Notes: generated by a model not told the origin, from the sequence alone. A stretch of DNA of 64,000 nt from Octopus sinensis (GCF_006345805.1 NC_043000.1:113150001-113214000); one strand, 5' to 3'; positions 12,596-25,814 are shown, numbered from the stretch's first letter. Made by a program: numbers and translations.

Positions 12596-13473
12596 TGCGT
12601 GTGCGTCTATATACATACTACGCTCTGCGAAAGGGAAAATAAACAAAACACAAGGTCAACGAAAGACGAGTGAAATTAATAATATGTATATATTTTGTCT
12701 TAGTATGAGGCCTACACGTTAAATTAGATACCGCAACAGAAACGGCTGTTTAGCAAAAATGCACTCTGGCCCAATACTGGAAACGATACAGCTACCGAAG
12801 TAACTGTGTGTCACGCTGCCCACTAAACGTACTGTGACAGCACCCATCATAATTATACTGCTACGGGGACACCGGCCGATCCCTCATCAAGAATATTGCC
12901 GAGACAGCCTTCTATGGGTTACAAATAACGAAAGCTCCGATGCACCATGATATTGAGCGGATGTTAAATAGATATTCGAGTCTTCTTGGATGTACTGAAT
13001 CTCATCTGCCCTCTCCTCGTCGACTACGTATTATACCTTAAACACCTGTGTGCCTCTTCTTTAACTGTGAATTGTGCCACATTGAGCTGCTCAGTTTTGT
13101 GATCTAATGTTGTATTCTTCTTGGACCATATGATTTCCCAGCATTTTCTTCCTTCACACCAAATATATCTTCTGATGTCGAGTTCAAAACTTATAACCAC
13201 GGTCCCTATCACATTTCTGGTTCTTCATTTTCGCTTCTCCTTTCAGAATGTTGCCCTGAATGGCGTTTTAGATCCTCGTGTAAATGAGAACATCTGCAAT
13301 CCGACGCTGGGGGAAATTTCAATCGCAGTTTCTTCTTCAGGTTCACTTTGTCATCTTGAACTCTATGTAATATGATCAGGCAAGTTGTAGGAACTGTGGA
13401 TATCTCCCTGTGTCTTGTGGTGCCTCGCCTAACAAGCATTTCCAATTCCCTTAGAAATACATCAGGATATTTT

Positions 13474-13659
13474 GTTGTGTTTGGGGAGAGTCATTTTCTT
13501 TTTGTGCCTTATTATGTAACACACTCACCGGTAAAATTTCCACTTTTTTCCTATTTTTTTTGTCCTTAAAGGACAAATAAAAATAGGAAAAAAGTGAAAA
13601 TTTTACCGATGAGTGTGTTACATAGTAAGGCACAAAAAAATGGCTCTCCCCAAACACAA
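13474..13659. repeat. Near-loopless ~93 bp-arm palindrome
   Basis: Arms tgtgtttggggagagtcatttt...ctattttttt and aaataaaaatagg...ggctctccccaaacaca, centred on tgtccttaaaggaca. Confidence 0.92.
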
Positions 13660-14122
13660 TAGAATATGCTTCAACACACGAACTCACATAAAGAATCTTG
13701 CAAACCAAATCCAAAAGCGAAATAAATCCGGATAGTTGTTACTATTTACACATTTTTACATCGGTGAACCTTCACGGTGATTTTACCAACCACATTTTCT
13801 TTTGGTTTCCTCCTTTTTCCCTTTCTCCATCAAAATTCGTTGTTCTATTATCCTTGCCAAATCGCTGATCATGTGTCATACTAAAATAATTGCTGATTGC
13901 TACATTATTTTATTAGTTCAGAGTTTTCTATTGAGCACATTTCCTGATATTGTACCGAAATAAATTCTAGGTCAGTGATTCTCTTCCATTTTATTTTAAC
14001 TGATAGACCCCTTTGATCTCATTCTTACACGGACGAATCCTGCTAGCCATTCAATGTTTAAAGAATTCTGTTATATTTTATAGTTAATTATTATTAGGAA
14101 TTTAATATAATATAGTTAACAT

Positions 14123-14288
14123 AGGTGCAAGAGTGGCTGTGTGGTAAGTAGCTTGCTTATCAACCACATCAGTCCGGGTTCTGTCCCACTGTTTCGCACC
14201 TTAGGCATGTGTCTTCTACTATAGCCTCGGGCCAACCAAAGCCTTGTGAGTGGATTTGGGAGACGGAAACTGAAAGAAGCCCATCGTG

Positions 14289-14334
<46 letters not shown>

Positions 14335-14565
14335 ATGTATGTGTATGTATATGTTTGTGTGTCTGTGTTTGTCCCCCCAACATCGCTTGACAACCGATGC
14401 TGGTGTGTTTACATCTCCGTACCTTAGCAGTTAGGCAAAAGAGACCGATAGAATAAGTACTAGGCTTACAAAGAATAAGTCCTGGGTTCTATTTTGTTCG
14501 ACTAAAGGTGGTGCTCCAGCATGGCCATAGTCAAATGATTGAAACAATTAAAAGAAAGAAAAGAA
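14123..14565 (+). mobile_element. SINE family A (tRNA/CORE-like head, internal microsatellite, CR1-like tail), full length
   Basis: gagtggctgtgtggtaagtagc...ttaggcatgtgtcttctactatagcc...gaaagaagcc-(TA/TG)n-...aaggtggtgctccagcatggcc...gaaac(aaaag)n. Confidence 0.92.
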
Positions 14566-14909
14566 AATAATACTTTTGTGTATTGTAACAGTAAAACTAA
14601 TTCATTGCACATATTTTAACGACAAAATCCTTACATGAACCCAGAAGGGTCAGATGGACACCGGTTGGAAACCCCTGATCTAGGTGAACACTTACATCAT
14701 AAGGATTTCGAAACTGCGAGAGACGTGAAACAATAGTTCACTTTTATCGGTGTCGAGTAGAGCGGAGTATATGAGGTCAAGAAATCCTTAGCATAGAGAA
14801 ATTCAAATGCTACACGTATATGCTACCCGTACATGCACACTGTAATCTATTCAAGTGTATAAAAGAGCAACCGAAAATCTGAGGATAAATTACGTTTATT
14901 GCTTTATTT

Positions 14910-15186
14910 TTTTACTTGTTTCACTTATTTGACTGCGGCCATTTTGGAGCACCGCCTTTAGTCGAACAAATCGACCCCGGCACTTATTCTTTGTAAGCCT
15001 AGTACTTATTCTATCAGTCTCTTTGCCGAACCACTAATGTACGGGGACGATAACACACCAGCATCGGTTGTCAAGTGATGGTGGGGTGGGGGACAAACAC
15101 AGACACACACACACATATATATTGTATATATATATATATATATATATATACATACAGCTAAAACTTATTTGGAAAAGGATGCATGC

Positions 15187-15234
<48 letters not shown>

Positions 15235-15392
15235 GACGGGCTTCTTTCAGTTTCAGTCTACCATTTCTACTCACAAGGTTTTGGTCGAACTGAGGTTATA
15301 GTAGCAGACACTTGCCCATGGTGCCACGCAGTGAGACTGAACCTGGAACCATGTGGCTGGGAAGGAAGTTGTCTACCACACAGCCAAACCTG
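14910..15392 (-). mobile_element. SINE family A, full length
   Basis: Reverse complement of family A, both halves, separated by expanded (CA)/(TA) tracts. Confidence 0.9.
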
Positions 15393-15579
15393 CTTCGTAG
15401 AATGTATTATGACAGCTGAAACCTGTAGATGTATTTTGTGTGGTTGCCGGCCTCCTTCTGACGGAAATTATTTTCAAGGGTTGAAAACGAAGGGAGAAAT
15501 ATATAAAAATACTAAAAGAGGGGAAAGAGAGAGAGAGAGGGAGAATGGGAGAGGGGGAAGAAAGAGTAAGAAATGATTT

Positions 15580-15977
15580 TAGCAGGCAAGCAAATATATA
15601 CGTGTATGTGTATGCATGCGCCCCTGTATATATGTATATATACATACATACATACATAAATATACATATATATATATATATATATATACATATACACACA
15701 TGTAATCACACTTAGGGCACAGCAAGAAAATGATATAACGATTCTTAGTGTACAGGTATGAATTCGCAAACACACAGACGTAGTATGTATTTTTACGGAT
15801 ATATATTTACACGAACGACGACTAGATATATACGCACACTTGTTTTTACAAGCTTGTATGTCGTATGCATGTATGTCTCCCGCTCTCTCTCTCCCTATAT
15901 ATATAAACATATATATCATATATATAAATATATATATATATATCATATGTATATATATATATATATATATATCAATC

Positions 15978-16018
<41 letters not shown>

Positions 16019-16282
16019 TACATTTTATATATATATATCATATGCATATATATATATATATATATAGTTATACAATTTATATATATATATATCATACGTA
16101 TATATATATATATATATATATAAGCATGCGAACACATGTTTTTCTGCTTGTGTACACAATTTTTCAGGTATTTCCGTGTAAATTTGTATCAGAACATCAC
16201 GCACACACACACATACACACACACATTCTTATATACGCATATATACCCTTATATATGTAAATACGCATGCATACATGTGTTC

Positions 16283-16321
<39 letters not shown>

Positions 16322-16420
16322 AAATGAAAACACAAATACATGTATGCATTTGTGCATGTATATATATATGGATATATGCATGTACCTCTGTCTGTCTATG
16401 TGTATACACACTCACACACA
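15580..16420. repeat. Compound (TA)n/(CA)n microsatellite field
   Basis: Direct reading; short unique spacers between tracts. Confidence 0.9.
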
Positions 16421-16975
16421 CACACTCACACAACAGCAATAACAGTCAACAAACGGAATAAAGTAAAGCAATGTTATTTCATTATGGTGAAAACACCCGC
16501 CGGTGTTCGCCATTTTCTTCCCGTTTTCCCCAGCGTCTCAAATCCCCTCGTTTTCCTTACTTTTATTTTCTAAAACAAACGTTTCTTAATCAGCCAATAA
16601 TTTTCGATTTGCCCCATGGCTAATGAAATAGCTTTTATCTAGGATTTCTTCTTTGTTTTTTCTTTCATTCTTTCCAGTTTTATACTTTCTTTACCATTCC
16701 GCTCAGGTCTTTCCTTGTCTCAGCTTCGCGTTTATTTTGTTGTTTATCGTTTGGTCCGCGCGCTGTTTGTATTTTGTAATTTCGTCGTTTTCTTCTTCCA
16801 CCAATGTAAAATATTTGGTTAGCATTTTTAATGACAATTAATTAGTTAACCTCGAGGACTATTGTTGGATAATTTGTTATTATTAGATTAGTTGCGCCCG
16901 TTATTTTTTTCTTTCAATGCTGACAAACACATATACATATATATATATAGACATATATACATATATGTAGATATG

Positions 16976-17029
<54 letters not shown>

Positions 17030-17724
17030 ATATATGTATATATATACATGCATACATATGTAGATAGATACAAATACATTACGTGTACATATATATATAT
17101 ACATACATATACACGTATACACACACATACATACCTATATATGCCAATAAATACATGCATTTAATTATATGTTTATACACACAAAAATACGCATGAACAT
17201 ACACACATATATACATATACACATTGCGAAAGAGCATATCTAACGTAGCTAGCTGTAAAAGAATTAATTTTCTATTCATAGGCTGAAAAGAGAACATGCA
17301 TACTTTAAAACTATGAGAATTAAAATTCAACTTCGTTGGCTATTATCAGCATCGTTACAGTTAGAGCCGTGTATGTTCTCCCAGTAACGCTTTTTATAGA
17401 TTTTATAATATTTCTAAAACACCTTTGAATATTTGTAAACGGGCAGAACGTGCACCACATATATGAATTAATTGATTATGCAATTACGGTTGAATTAACA
17501 ATTAGTATGCGAACAAAATTTCTCAATATACATGGAGTGTATGAATTATTAAATTCAAAGAATGAATACATCTACTTCCAGCATTGTTGTGAAGCAATTT
17601 TTCTGTTTACAACACAAAGACAATGAACGGAGAAAAGAAATTTAGGATTAGAATTTCAAGGATTTGGTGGTTATAATCCAGTCTAAAGAAATTTCTCAAA
17701 TACAATGAAATACTTATATACAAT

Positions 17725-17888
17725 GACGCGGGCGTGGATGTATGGTAAGAAGTTTCCTTCTCAACCCCATAATCACTAGTTCAGTCCTACTGCGTGGTAC
17801 CATGAGCAGGTATATTCTACTATAGTCTTGGGTTGATGAAAACCTTGTGAGTGGATTTGGTAGACGGAAACTGAAAGAAGCCTGTCGC
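17725..17888 (+). mobile_element. SINE family A, 5' half
   Basis: gtggatgtatggtaagaagtttcc...gagtggatttggtagacggaaactgaaagaagcc. Confidence 0.85.
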
Positions 17889-17897
17889 ATATCTACT

Positions 17898-18296
17898 CTT
17901 TTGCTTCTTTCAGTCATTTGACTGCGGCCATGCTGGAGCACCGCCTTTAGTAATTGAAATCGGCCCCAAGACTATTTTCTTTGTAAGCCTAGTACTTATT
18001 CTATCGGTCACTTTTGCCAAACTGCTACGTTACGGGGATGTAAATACATCAATATCGGTCGTCAAGCGACGGGGGTGGGGGAAAAATACAGACCCACAAA
18101 TACACTCACACACACACAGACATATATATACACAGACAACGGGCTTCTTTCAGTTTCCGGATACGTAATCCTCTCACAAGGCTTTGGTCGACCCGAGGCT
18201 ATAGTAGAAGACACTTAACCACGGTGCCACACAGTAGATCTGAACCCGGGACCATGTGGCTGGGAAGCAAGCTTCTTACCACACAGTCACTCCCAT
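17898..18296 (-). mobile_element. SINE family A, full length
   Basis: Reverse complement of family A head and tail. Confidence 0.9.
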
Positions 18297-18339
18297 ATAT
18301 ATATCTATATGTGTGTGTGTGTGTGTGTTGTGTGTGTAT

Positions 18340-18570
18340 GAGTATGTGTATGTGTCATTGTGTCTGTGTTTGTCCGCCACCACCGCTTGACAAACGGTGT
18401 TGGTGTGTTTACATCCCTGTAACAAAAGAATCCGACAGAATAAGCACCAGGCTGAAAAATGTTAAATACTAGGGTCAATTCATTCGACTAAAAAAAATTA
18501 ATTCTTCAAAGCAAAGATCCAGCATGGCCACAGTCTAATCACTGAAATAAATAAAAGATGAAACAGGAAC
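18340..18570 (+). mobile_element. SINE family A, 3' half
   Basis: gtgtttgtccgccaccaccgcttgacaaacggtgttggtgtgtttac...ccagcatggccacagtc. Confidence 0.8.
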
Positions 18571-18837
18571 ATAAAAAAGAATGAAATAAAACTCCCACGG
18601 CTGAACTTGTTATCTTTCGATGTTAAATTTAGGGTTCTTATTTGAAATGCTGGGAAGAAATGGGTGCACGATAGATTGGCAGAGGTTTTTCTTGTCGTGT
18701 AAAGCCTGCCCGAGTGTTAGGTTATGACATTTTTAATTCGGACCCCAATTCCACCTCAGCTGACTTTGCCTTCCATCCTTCCAGTGGTGATGAAATAAAG
18801 TAGCATTAATTATTGAAGCGCCATTATATTTGTTTCT

Positions 18838-19447
18838 AGTCTAGGCAGGAATGCTCGAAATTTTGGGGAGGAGGCCAGTCGATTAGATCGACCCCAGTAC
18901 GCAAATGGTACTTAATTTATCGATCCCAAAAGGATGAAAGGCAAAGTCGACCTCGGCTGAACTTGAACTCAGAACATGAAGACAGACGAAATACCTATTT
19001 CTTTACTGACTACAAGGGGCTAGACACAGAGGGGACAAACAAGGACAGACAGGCGGATTAAGTCGATTATATCGACCCCAGTGCGAAACTGGTATTTATC
19101 TAATTGACCCCGAGAGGATGAAAGGCAAAGTCGACCTCGGCGGAATTTGAACTCAGAACGTAGCAGCAGACGAAGTACCGCTAAGCATTTTGCCTGGCGT
19201 GCTACCACGTCTGCCAGCTCACCACTTTTAACATATTCTTTTCTTCTCTAGGCAGCAAGACCCGAAATTTTGAGGGAGGAGGCCAGTCTATTAGATCGAC
19301 CCCAGTACGCAACTCGTACTTAATTTATCAACCCCGAAAGGATGAGAGGCTAAGTCAACCTCGGCTGAATTTGAACTCAGAACGAAAAGACAGACGAAAT
19401 ACCGCTAAACATTTGTGTGTTAACTTTTCTGCCAGCTCGCCGCCTAA
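18838..19447 (-). mobile_element. Cluster of SINE family B copies (short-tail monomers and a multimeric copy)
   Basis: Repeated aaaggatgaaaggcaaagtcgacctcggcggaatttgaactcagaacg, with heads ending ...gccagctc(g)cc at ~19220 and ~19445. Confidence 0.9.
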
Positions 19448-19453
19448 GTGGAG

Positions 19454-19495
<42 letters not shown>

Positions 19496-20283
19496 TGCAT
19501 TTCATTGGACTCCTTAAATAAATTTCCTGCAATTCATTGGAAGTGAGTATTATTAATCGTTTTTCTAACCTCTCCCTCCAGCCAAGCCCACACTCGTACT
19601 CATACATATATACCTCTACTATAAATGTTTAGCACTGTAAAACATCGTGTTTGATAGACCCTCAACGTTCATGCCGCGAGCTATTATTGATCACAATCTT
19701 TCCCACCTCCATCGTAAATATCCACTGAAATAAAACACAAAAATGTTTCCATAACCAATTTAGAGTAAGAAAAAGAAGCGCCATCGATTATCAGATTAAC
19801 ATATATAAACTATTCTAAACTATTCTTTTTGATAGTTTTCCTCCAGTATATGAATAATTCAGATAAATTTGGAAATAACAGCAACCGTTGTTGAATTGTA
19901 TGTAGAATAATATACGTATTGTTGCTATAGTTGTAAGCAACATGAATATACCGATATTTTGGTCATGGCATCAGATGACCATTTTCGGTGAGGACCTGAA
20001 TAATCGAAATCGCTTCTATACTAAATATATATGAATATTTCCATGAACACAAATTTGAGATATTCTATTCCGCATTCACAACGACTTTTAATTCATATTC
20101 TATTTAATTAACGATTCGAGTAAGAAGCAACCGCAACTCACGTGACAGCTTCCAAAATATCTAGGAAGAATAGAAAAAAGTTCTGCTTGCATATACTTGC
20201 AATAGGGTAGGCTCCCATCAAATGTCTCCGTGGCAGTACCCCGGCAGAGGAATGTGACAGGGTATAACAACACCACAAATAGA

Positions 20284-20865
20284 CGGCGAGCTGGCAGAAA
20301 CGTTAGCACGCCGGGTGAAATGCGTAGCCGTATTTCGTCTGTCGTTACGTTGTGAGTTCAAATTCTGCCGAGGTCGACTTTGCCTTTCATCCTTTCGGAG
20401 TCGATTAAATAAGTACCAGTTACGCACTGGTGTCGATATAATCGACTTAATAACTATGTCTGTCCTTGTTTGTCCCCTCTGTGTTTAGCCCCTTGTGGGT
20501 AGTAAAGAAATAGGCATTTCGTCTGCCGTTACATTCTGAGCTCAAATTCCGCCGAGGTTCACTTTGCCTTTCATCCTTTCGGGGTCAATAAATTAAGTAC
20601 CAGTTACGCACTAGGGTCGATGTAATTGACTTAATCCCTTTGTCTGTCCTTGTTTGTTCCCTCTGTGTTTAGCCCCTTGTGGGTAGTAAAGAAATAGGTA
20701 TTTCGTCTGCCGTTACGTTCTGAGTTCAAATTCCACCGATGTCATCCTTTCGGGGTCGATAAATTAAGCACCAGTTACGAACTGGGGTCGATATAATCGA
20801 CTTAATCTGTTTGTCTGTCCTTGTTTGTTCCCTCTATGTTTAGCCCCTTGTGAGTAGTAAAGAAA
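20284..20865 (+). mobile_element. SINE family B, head plus three 184 bp body units
   Basis: Units start at 20331, 20515 and 20699. Confidence 0.93.
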
Positions 20866-21354
20866 TTATAACAACACCACAAAGAATTTATTTCAACTAA
20901 TTTTGTATAAAGGTTACATTTTTCTCAACTTCAACAACATAATTTACTAGTTTAAGTAAATCTCTTCTGAATGCGAATATAGATAGATGCATCGGTTATG
21001 ATGCGAAAATAATTGAAAGATATGTGATGGTAATGTAAACAAAGTGGTAATTCTTACCTTAAATTTTTTTGTTCTTGCGCTGGTAAATTCTCTGGGTAGA
21101 GGTTTGCTTGTGGTAAATCAGCTTCAACAACGTAATTAAACACCTATTATTTTTCCTTAGTTTCATTGTCTCCCTATTTTTAGACGCACACCCCTAAACT
21201 CATAATTTCCTCTTACGCCTTCTACTCATCTACTTCTCTCGCTCTGCTTCTCTTTCTCCTATTCTCCCTTGCTTTCCTTCAACACCGCCTCTCATTTCTA
21301 CTTGTGATAATTATCGCAGACATACAATCCCTCACGTTTGAGGAAAGACAAACA

Positions 21355-21500
21355 TCGAATAAATCGCCTCCGATATCTGACTGGTACTTTATTTCATCGC
21401 CCTTGGGAAAATGGAAAACAAAGCTGACCCCGGTTGGAATTGAACTGAGGATATAAACTTATGAGCGGTGCACTAACGATTCTGCCAAACGACCGCCTTA
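21355..21500 (-). mobile_element. Degenerate SINE family B
   Basis: aaagctgaccccggttggaattgaact...ctaacgattctgccaaacgaccgcctt. Confidence 0.65.
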
Positions 21501-21552
21501 GCATCATCATATATAATTCCACTTATATTTTTTAAGAGGGGCATATAATATA

Positions 21553-21797
21553 CAGGGTGACCCAAAAGTAGATTTATGGTTATCACGTAGGCGTTTAAAT
21601 TTCTTTTAAAACGTTTATTACATTAAATTTCTGCCTTACAAAATGAAAAGGGAGCTTGACAAAATTAACTACATTAGTATAGAATAATGGTTTCATATAT
21701 ATATATATATATATTTTATAATTAAGATCTAAACTGTTAATATGTGGATGCGAAAGAGATCGTTCAATAACTGTAAACCTATTTTTGGGCCACCCTA
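21553..21797. mobile_element. Tc1/mariner-type MITE
   Basis: TIRs cagggtgacccaaaagtagattta and taaacctatttttgggccacccta (imperfect reverse complements), flanked by TA on both sides; ~245 bp with no coding capacity. Confidence 0.8.
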
Positions 21798-22311
21798 TAC
21801 TTTGTTGGACTTCATAGCATAAAACAAGAGAGACGAAACTTGTCTTAAATTGGATCGACCTGTCACTAGTAACATTCTTCCGATGACGTTTCATCAAGGT
21901 GAACAGCCCTGATCTACAATAAATTAGTCTGCCTATAAAAGCAAACATCGGGCGTCAGTTTTGAAATGACTATCAACAGATTTACAATCTAATATTTTCG
22001 CACTTGTCTTACCAATGGCAATAATGTAAGTGTAAATATTTTGGGAACGTAATATAATTAATTGACTCCAGATAATTAAATAGTTGATATTTATGTAATT
22101 CGAGAAGTGCATAATTTTGAGATAATCGAGATTTTTCAATAACCAAGAGGTTCCTCTTTCGATCCTAGTTCAAGGCAACCTAGGTAGAAAATTCTGCTAA
22201 TGCTAAATCATTGTAAGTGGCAAATTAAATTACGAAAAAAGTCAGCTGTGATTATCTGGGAATTAAGATTAAGTTACACTGCATCCACCAACAGTACAAA
22301 CCAGTTTTATT

Positions 22312-22922
22312 CTTTTCTACTCAAGGCACAAAGCCCGAAATTTTGGGGGATGAGTCCAGTCGATTAGATCGACGCCAGTACGCAACTTGTACTTAATTTA
22401 TCGACCCTCAAAGGATGAATGGTAAAGTTGACCTCGGCGGAATTTGAACTCAGAACGAGTTCAAAGACAGACGAAATATTGCTAAGCTTTTCGCCCGGCG
22501 TGCTAATGCTTCTAATTTTTATATTGCCCACAAGGAAGGGGGGGGGGGGCTAAACATACAGGGGACAAACAAGGAAAGACAAAGGGATTAAGTTGATTAC
22601 GACATCAGTGCGTAACTGGTATTTAATTTATCGACCTTCAAAGGATGAAAGGTAAAGTCGACCTCGGCGGAATTTGAACTCCGAACGAGTTCAAAGACAG
22701 ATGAAATACTTATTTCTTTACTACCCACAGGGACATAAACACAGAGAGGACAAACGGATTAAGTCGATTACATCGACCCAGTGCGTAACTGGTATTTATT
22801 TAATCGACCCCGAAAGGATGAAAGGCAAAGTCGACCTCGGCGGAATTTGAACTCAGAACGTAGCGGCTGACGAAATACTGCTAAGCTTTTCGCCCGGCGT
22901 GCTAACGCTTCTGCAAGTTCGC
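22312..22922 (-). mobile_element. SINE family B, multimer (three body units)
   Basis: Three repeats of aaaggatgaa.gg.aaagt.gacctcggcggaatttgaactc; head at ~22920. Confidence 0.9.
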
Positions 22923-23356
22923 TACTTTACAAAGCAGTTTTATTATAACCTGCGGAAAACGCTTTTTATTTTTTTGAAAGAATAACTAGAGCATTCAAGA
23001 TCGATTGAGTCTAGATGCATTAATTCCATTTCACACAACGAACTTCTTATGGAAGGTAAATGTTTAATTCAAAATGTGAAAAACAGTAGAACATCGCAGC
23101 ACGAGTGCCCCGTTGTACGAGTAATTTGCTGTGCAAGCCGAGATTCGTGCCAATTTTTGTCTTGAAATACGAGTGGAAATCTGCAGTACGAACACAGAAG
23201 TCGTTCCATTTTTAAGACAATTCAGTAAAAAAATCCAATTTACATATTTCTTTTGCATTCTTTTTTTTTTTATAATTATCATTTTAAACTTCCCTATTTA
23301 AACAGCCATAAAAAATATATTTTTGAGTAGTTTAGTGGGGCTGGAAGGCGTTAATT

Positions 23357-23506
23357 ATGTGGTAAGTAGCTTGCTTACGAACCACATGGTTCCGGGTTCA
23401 GTCCCACTGCGTGGCAACTCGGGTAAATGACTTCTACTATAGCCTCGGGCCGACCAAAGCCTTGTGAGTGGATTTGGTAGACGGAAACTGAAAGAAGCCC
23501 GTCGTA

Positions 23507-23561
<55 letters not shown>

Positions 23562-23770
23562 GTGTCTATATGTTTGTGTGTCTGTTTTTGTCCCCTCCCC
23601 CAATATCGCTTGACAACCGATGCTGGTCCCCGTAACTTAGCGGTTCGGCAAAAGAGACCGATAGAATAAGTACAAGGCTTACAAAGAATAAGTCCTGGGG
23701 TCGATTTGCGCACTAAAAGGCGGTGCTCCAGCATGGCCACAGTCAAATGACTGAAACAAGTAAAAGAGTA
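23357..23770 (+). mobile_element. SINE family A, near full length
   Basis: Both halves present with internal (TA)n. Confidence 0.92.
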
Positions 23771-24066
23771 GTTAATTTTAATGGCGAAAATTGACTTGTA
23801 AAACGAATAAATCGTAAGACAAACTCAGTCATGGAACGAATTAAACTTGTACTGCGAGGCATCATTGTATTACAGTTAAATATTAATTACTAATCCCTGC
23901 TCACTACCTTAAATTGAAGAAGGAAAATATATAGGCATTTGTATCAACCTCGGACTTTAAGTTCGGACTTCAATTCCACCTCAGCTGACTTTGCCTTCCA
24001 TCCTTCCAGCATCGATGAAATAAAGTAGCAGTAAGTACTGAGGCGCCTTTATATTCGTTTCTACTG

Positions 24067-24482
24067 AAGGCGGCGAGCTGGCAGAAACGTTAGCGCGTCG
24101 GGTGAAATTCTTAGCGGTATTTTGTCTGTCGTTACGTTCTGAGTTCAAATTCCGCCGAGGTCGACTTTACCTTTCATCCTTTCAGGGTCGATAAATAAAG
24201 TACCAGTTATGCACTGGGGTCGATGTAATCGACTTAATACATATGTCTGTCCTTGTTTGTCTCTTCTGTGTTTAGCCCCTTGTGGGTAGTAAAGAAATAG
24301 GTATTTCGTCTGTCGTTACCTTCTGAGTTCAAATTCCGCCGAGGTCGACTTTACCTTTCATCCTTTCGGGATCGATAAATAAAGTACAAGTTTCGCACTG
24401 GGGTTGTTGTAATCGACTTAATCCCTTTGTCTGTCCTTGTTTGTCCCCTCTATGTTTAACTCCTTGTGGTCAATAAAGAAAT
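24067..24482 (+). mobile_element. SINE family B, head plus two 184 bp units
   Basis: Units start at ~24118 and 24302. A degenerate body fragment precedes it at ~23960-24035. Confidence 0.92.
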
Positions 24483-25139
24483 ATATATTCTCTTCTACTC
24501 TAGGCAACAAGGCCTACATTATTTTGTTGAGCAAATGACGACAAAAGAAAAGTTCACCCGTTGGCGTCATTCGAAATCAGAAATTGCATTGGCGTAAATA
24601 AAATACTGACACTCTATCAAAATTTTCACCAATTCTACCAATCCATCACCGCCGTTATTTCTATTGATCTATTGATTTTGGCAGGCCGACATCACTAGCG
24701 CCACTTGCCGCAGTAGCACCCTACACCAACAACAGCAATAAGAACAACTACGCTACGGACTTCAAGGCATCAATAGGAACTGCTATGAAACGAAGGCAAG
24801 AGCTCCCACTATGTCAAGTCACGAGTGCTTCGCAGTTTTGATTCATAATTGCAGTAAGATTATATCTCTGTTACAATTATCATAACATTGCCAAATTTAT
24901 TAACAATACAGTATACTATTTCAAAATGCGTCTGTAACAATAAGATCTATGATGGAAAGCTATGAATACCACATTATCTAATTTATCTGTATATTAGCAC
25001 AGCTGGTAGTTTTGCGCCATTTCTTTCGGTTTATCCGTCCCGGAAGTGAAAAGAAATCTAATGTTATTGAATTTATCTCCCTTCGTTGTATCCTACATAT
25101 TATTTGCCATATGATGAAAACTACAAGTGTTGTTAATAA

Positions 25140-25203
25140 CAGTTAATTACTACTACTACTACTACTACTACTACTATCAATGCTATTAATTCTTCTTCAT
25201 CTT

Positions 25204-25236
<33 letters not shown>

Positions 25237-25259
25237 TTGATTGTTCTCTGCTTCTTCTT

Positions 25260-25301
<42 letters not shown>

Positions 25302-25350
25302 TTACCATTACTTTTAATACTTCTTCTTCTTCTTCTCCTCCTCCTCCTAC

Positions 25351-25391
<41 letters not shown>

Positions 25392-25400
25392 TGATGGTGA
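25140..25400. repeat. (ACT)n/(TCT)n/(CCT)n triplet array
   Basis: Direct reading. Confidence 0.95.
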
Positions 25401-25814
25401 TGATGAGGAGGAAGTCATCCTTGATATTCTATATTTGGGCAATATTCCAAAACACATTTTGCAAGCACTCTTTCCTAGATATAGCAGAACATATTCAAAA
25501 GGAAGCAAAATTAAATCGGATGTAGGGGTGGGTTGAGGGTGGCGCGAAGAATGAAATGAAACAACGAGAACAACTATACCACTACAAACAACAACTACAA
25601 CAACAATTATGACGACAACTACTACCTGCAATGCCATCAACACGAACACAATAGAAACAGCGTCACCAGTGCCACCACCGTGTTTACCAAAAACGCAGCT
25701 AAATTTTCAGGGAACGGAAAAAGATTTACATTCTCTTATTGCAAAGTAGCCACAACCCATTCATATATACTGTCAAGAAGATTACCACAACAACCCCCAA
25801 AACAACATGTGTAA

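Noticed and set aside
12778-12800. ctggaaacgatacag as a U6 fragment
   Set aside because: The match is too short, and the flanks do not resemble U6.
20284-20865. Regularly spaced repeats as a CRISPR-like array
   Set aside because: The units are homologous along their whole length with no unique spacers; the context is eukaryotic with no cas genes.
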